Of a DNA stretch of 64,000 nucleotides, positions 63,081 to 64,000 are shown piece by piece (the stretch's first letter is position 1; each line of letters opens with the position of its first letter). Below the pieces are notes generated by a model. That model saw nothing but the letters and a program-made list of their open reading frames with translations. It made no database searches and was not told the origin of the DNA. The position numbers were made by a program, and so were the translations under genes. Source of the DNA: Octopus sinensis (lineage: Eukaryota); the NCBI RefSeq assembly GCF_006345805.1, contig NC_043025.1:14446001-14510000 (forward strand). The letters are read 5' to 3'.

Positions 63081-64000
63081 CAATGGAAATTTTAGAAAAA
63101 ATGAACAAGATGCAGGAGTGGATGTGTGGTAAGTAGTTTGCTTACCAACCACATGGTTCTAGGTTCAGTCCCACTGCATGGCACTTTGGGCAAATGTCTT
63201 CTACCATAGCCTCGGGCCAACCAAAGCCTTGTGAGTGAATTTGGTAGATGGAAACTGAAAGAAGCCCGTTGTATATATATGTATATATGTATTATTTACT
63301 AGCAAACGCACCTGTCCTTCGGACGGTTTAGGTTGCTTCCGTGGTATTTTTTTCGCAAAAATAATTTAATTACCGAGAAGGTTTATGTGTAAGCATGGCA
63401 ATCTGTTTCCGATTAACCTAGGAACGGAAAATCAAATTGAAGGCTGGTTATTGTGGAGGTCGTTGCACTTTGATTATCATAGAACATGTAAGTTTGCAAG
63501 CGATGTAAAGTAGAGGTACTGAAGTGTTTTGGGAGTAGATTATGGTTGTTTTAGATGAAAGTGAAATTTCTTGTCAGAAACAGCCACATAAATGGTGTAA
63601 AGAAATTGAAGGAAGATGTTGAAACTTCCCCTCTGCGAGTTTATTTTTTTCAACAGCAAAGGGAGCTATTTTTTCCGGAGAGAAAAGCTAACAAAAGTCA
63701 CTTTATTCTATCTTCCCACATAGTGTGCACATAAACTAACAGCGGATGCTGCATAAAGTAAAATTGGTATGGAGCTTTCTGAAAGATTTGTATAGCTTTA
63801 AAGGTTGATTTTTTGGGACGAGTCATATGTGAGTGTTTAGAAAAGGCCAGAATGACAATGCTAAAACCTATTTGAAACAATGGACAGCAGTCGAAATATC
63901 ATAATGGCTGGGTAAAGAAGCATCCTTAAAATGAAACAACGGTATCAAAGGTAAAAAAAAAAGGTATCAACAATCAGAAGAGAGGGAAGGGAACATCACC

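Noticed and set aside
63400-63960. Possible degenerate DDE transposase (DESE.., NDNAK-like words)
   Set aside because: Too many stops and too little similarity to support a call.

Overview
Eukaryotic, repeat-dense, AT-rich animal DNA. The SINE and microsatellite repertoire suggests an octopus, but this is inferred from recalled repeat families and not verified. The ORF track is almost all microsatellite or TE noise; the real genes are spliced. (1) A complete 16-exon VPS33A gene on + (CDS 16833-35631; 1833 nt = 610 aa + stop, all GT-AG, phases consistent). (2) The first two coding exons of an SGSM1/2 (RUTBC) gene on - (15912-15924, 15740-15783), head-to-head with VPS33A with 908 nt between the start codons; bases 1-15739 appear to lie in its long intron 2. 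(3) A single tRNA-Glu(UUC) on - at 40566-40637. The rest is SINEs of four or more families, mariner/Tigger/hAT/piggyBac/Helentron-like DNA-transposon remnants, RTE/CR1/RLE-type LINE fragments, a Penelope-like GIY-YIG fragment, and a 100-N gap. The main unexplained signal is a set of about ten short, mostly (TA)n-flanked segments from several unrelated sequence families. They fold as type I hammerhead ribozymes with palindromic stem III; several have non-canonical cores, and several sit inside long inverted duplications. One follows the Penelope GIY-YIG ORF, pointing to Penelope-like terminal repeats as the source. A roughly 200-bp-arm hairpin also starts 24 nt after the VPS33A stop codon.
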